DNA of 64,000 nucleotides from Camelus ferus (lineage: Eukaryota): NCBI RefSeq assembly GCF_009834535.1, contig NC_045697.1:22942001-23006000 (forward strand), in the 5' to 3' direction. Shown piece by piece: positions 62,513 through 64,000 of the stretch. The notes under the pieces were generated by a model. That model did no database searches and had not been told where the DNA came from. It worked only from the letters and a program-made list of their open reading frames with translations. The position numbers and the translations under genes are program-made. How positions within the stretch are numbered: the first letter of the stretch is position 1; every line of letters starts with the position of its first letter.

Positions 62513-62849
62513 TCAGAAACACCAAGTTTCTGCATGTAAAAAAGACTAACTTTTCTAGATTAAATTCGAAATATAAGTAAGATTACTGGTAGCAAAGATT
62601 TTGAAAAAGACTTGTTTAAGTGATAATATATCTTATATGAAATACACATTGGCTTTATGTTCTGGGAATGGTTGCCTAAGATATGCTGTTAGCAGGAGGA
62701 AACTTCCAGGATAGAGAGAGGGAAAAAACAAAAAACACCTAGATTTGGATAAAGTATGTCTTTATTCTGAGGCTATAGCTCTAAATATCCATGAGGACAC
62801 CATTCAATAGAATTGCAAAATCTGTATAACTAAAAACGCAGTAGCCATT

Positions 62850-63130
62850 CTTCCCTAACAGGTGCACGTTCAGTGTTTAATAGACACATTGTCTCTAAAA
62901 ATAAAGACTACATTTCCCAGCATTCCTTGCAAGTATTACTTGTTACTAATTGAGGCCAACAGGGTAAAGGTGGAAGTGCATGTGCAGCACCTAAGAAGTG
63001 TCCTGAAAATCATGCCTTTTTTGTGTCCTTCCTCCTTGTTTGCTTGAATGATGCAGATGTGGTGGCTTTAGCCAAGGCAAATATTGGGATCGTGTGATAT
63101 TGGATAACATACACATTATGCTGCCTCAGT
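62850..63130 (+). mobile_element. Old MLT1-family LTR fragment
   Basis: 'actacatttcccagcattccttgcaag..tgttactaattgaggccaa..ggaagtg..cttgaatgatgcagatgtggtggct'. Confidence 0.65.
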
Positions 63131-63639
63131 TACTTCATGTGTAACATTGGAATGCTTTTATGATTGCTTTGGATATTAAATGAAATACAAATTTTAAAAT
63201 GCTTGCTATGCTTCTGGTACACACAAAACACTAAAAACATAGTCTCTATTACTATAATTGAAGTTATATATTTAAGATGGTAGAATAATAATATAGAAAA
63301 TGTTTGACCTTCTAGGAGCTGTGACATTGGTCCTGAATTTGCTTCTTCTGCATTTAATTTCTATAAATTTAAAAAAAAAAACTTCTATTAAAAATTATTA
63401 TTACTAGCTGCTTTTAGTTTAGTTTATTTTTTCTTGGTCACTTTCAAAATAATCTTAATCGACGAATTTGGTAAATTTAAATTTAAAAGAGTAGTCATGA
63501 AGTTTCCAACAAATAAGATCCAAGAAAACAAGGAAAATGATTCAGAATTTGAAACTCACTTCATAATCATGGTTATAAATTATTTAGCATTTTCTACATG
63601 GAGACATTATTTGAAATCACTAGAGTATGCCAATTTTAT

Positions 63640-63780
63640 AAGGCAAATCCACTTTTTTCAGCAAGAAATGTGAACATTGAGACTTAGCAAGGTAATAGCT
63701 AGCCCAAAGAAGCAAGCAAAGCAGAAACAGAGCTGGGTATCCAAGCCAGATGCATGGAACACCACAGCCCAGTCTTGGCA
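63640..63780 (-). mobile_element. MIR fragment
   Basis: 'tgagacttagcaaggtaatagctagcccaaag..cagagctgggtatccaagccag'. Confidence 0.55.
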
Positions 63781-64000
63781 TCTTACTGACATATGTTCTA
63801 CCATATTTCCGATAGGCAGAGTGTGATCAAAAAGCTTGTACGAATGTAGCCTCAAGGAGGCAACAGAGCCATCTGTGCGAAAACACAAACTTAACCGGCT
63901 CTTCCTCTCTAGAGCTGAGCCTGGAGCAGCCATTAGTACTATTTTTTTGGACATCTTTGGTGAGTTGTGCAATCACATTGTCAGTTATGCTTGTATGGGG

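Noticed and set aside
1..64000. CRISPR array, operon or other prokaryotic/viral system
   Set aside because: The sequence is mammalian; recurring motifs are dispersed L1/LTR copies, not regularly spaced repeats, and no gag/pol/env internal ERV sequence was recognised.

Overview
AT-rich, CpG-depleted mammalian genomic DNA, most likely from a camelid (alpaca/llama/camel). The basis is a tRNA-derived SINE of the camelid (Vic-1-like) type at 28274-28394 and several L1 3' UTRs of the camelid/cetartiodactyl type. I find no credible protein-coding gene, RNA gene or CRISPR array. The only recognisable ORFs are decayed LINE-1 ORF2 fragments. The window is an intergenic or deep-intronic repeat landscape: about 14 L1 fragments of several ages, about 20 solo LTRs (MLT1/MLT2, LTR40, LTR33, LTR16, MER68/77-like, two MER41-like ERV1 LTRs), L2 and MIR relics, and small DNA transposons (Tigger2-type, MER94, MER5). 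The most notable items are: a TSD-flanked, polyadenylated non-L1 insert carrying a DNA-transposon MITE (9379-9740); two 5'-inverted (twin-primed) L1s; two MER41-like LTRs, one with apparently decayed tandem STAT sites; a ~77-nt CpG-retaining hairpin (48614-48690); and a + strand bias of L1s/LTRs that hints at a minus-strand host transcript. Repeat family names are from recalled consensus sequences, not from a database search, and boundaries of old elements are approximate. I cannot support a claim of a new biological system in this window.
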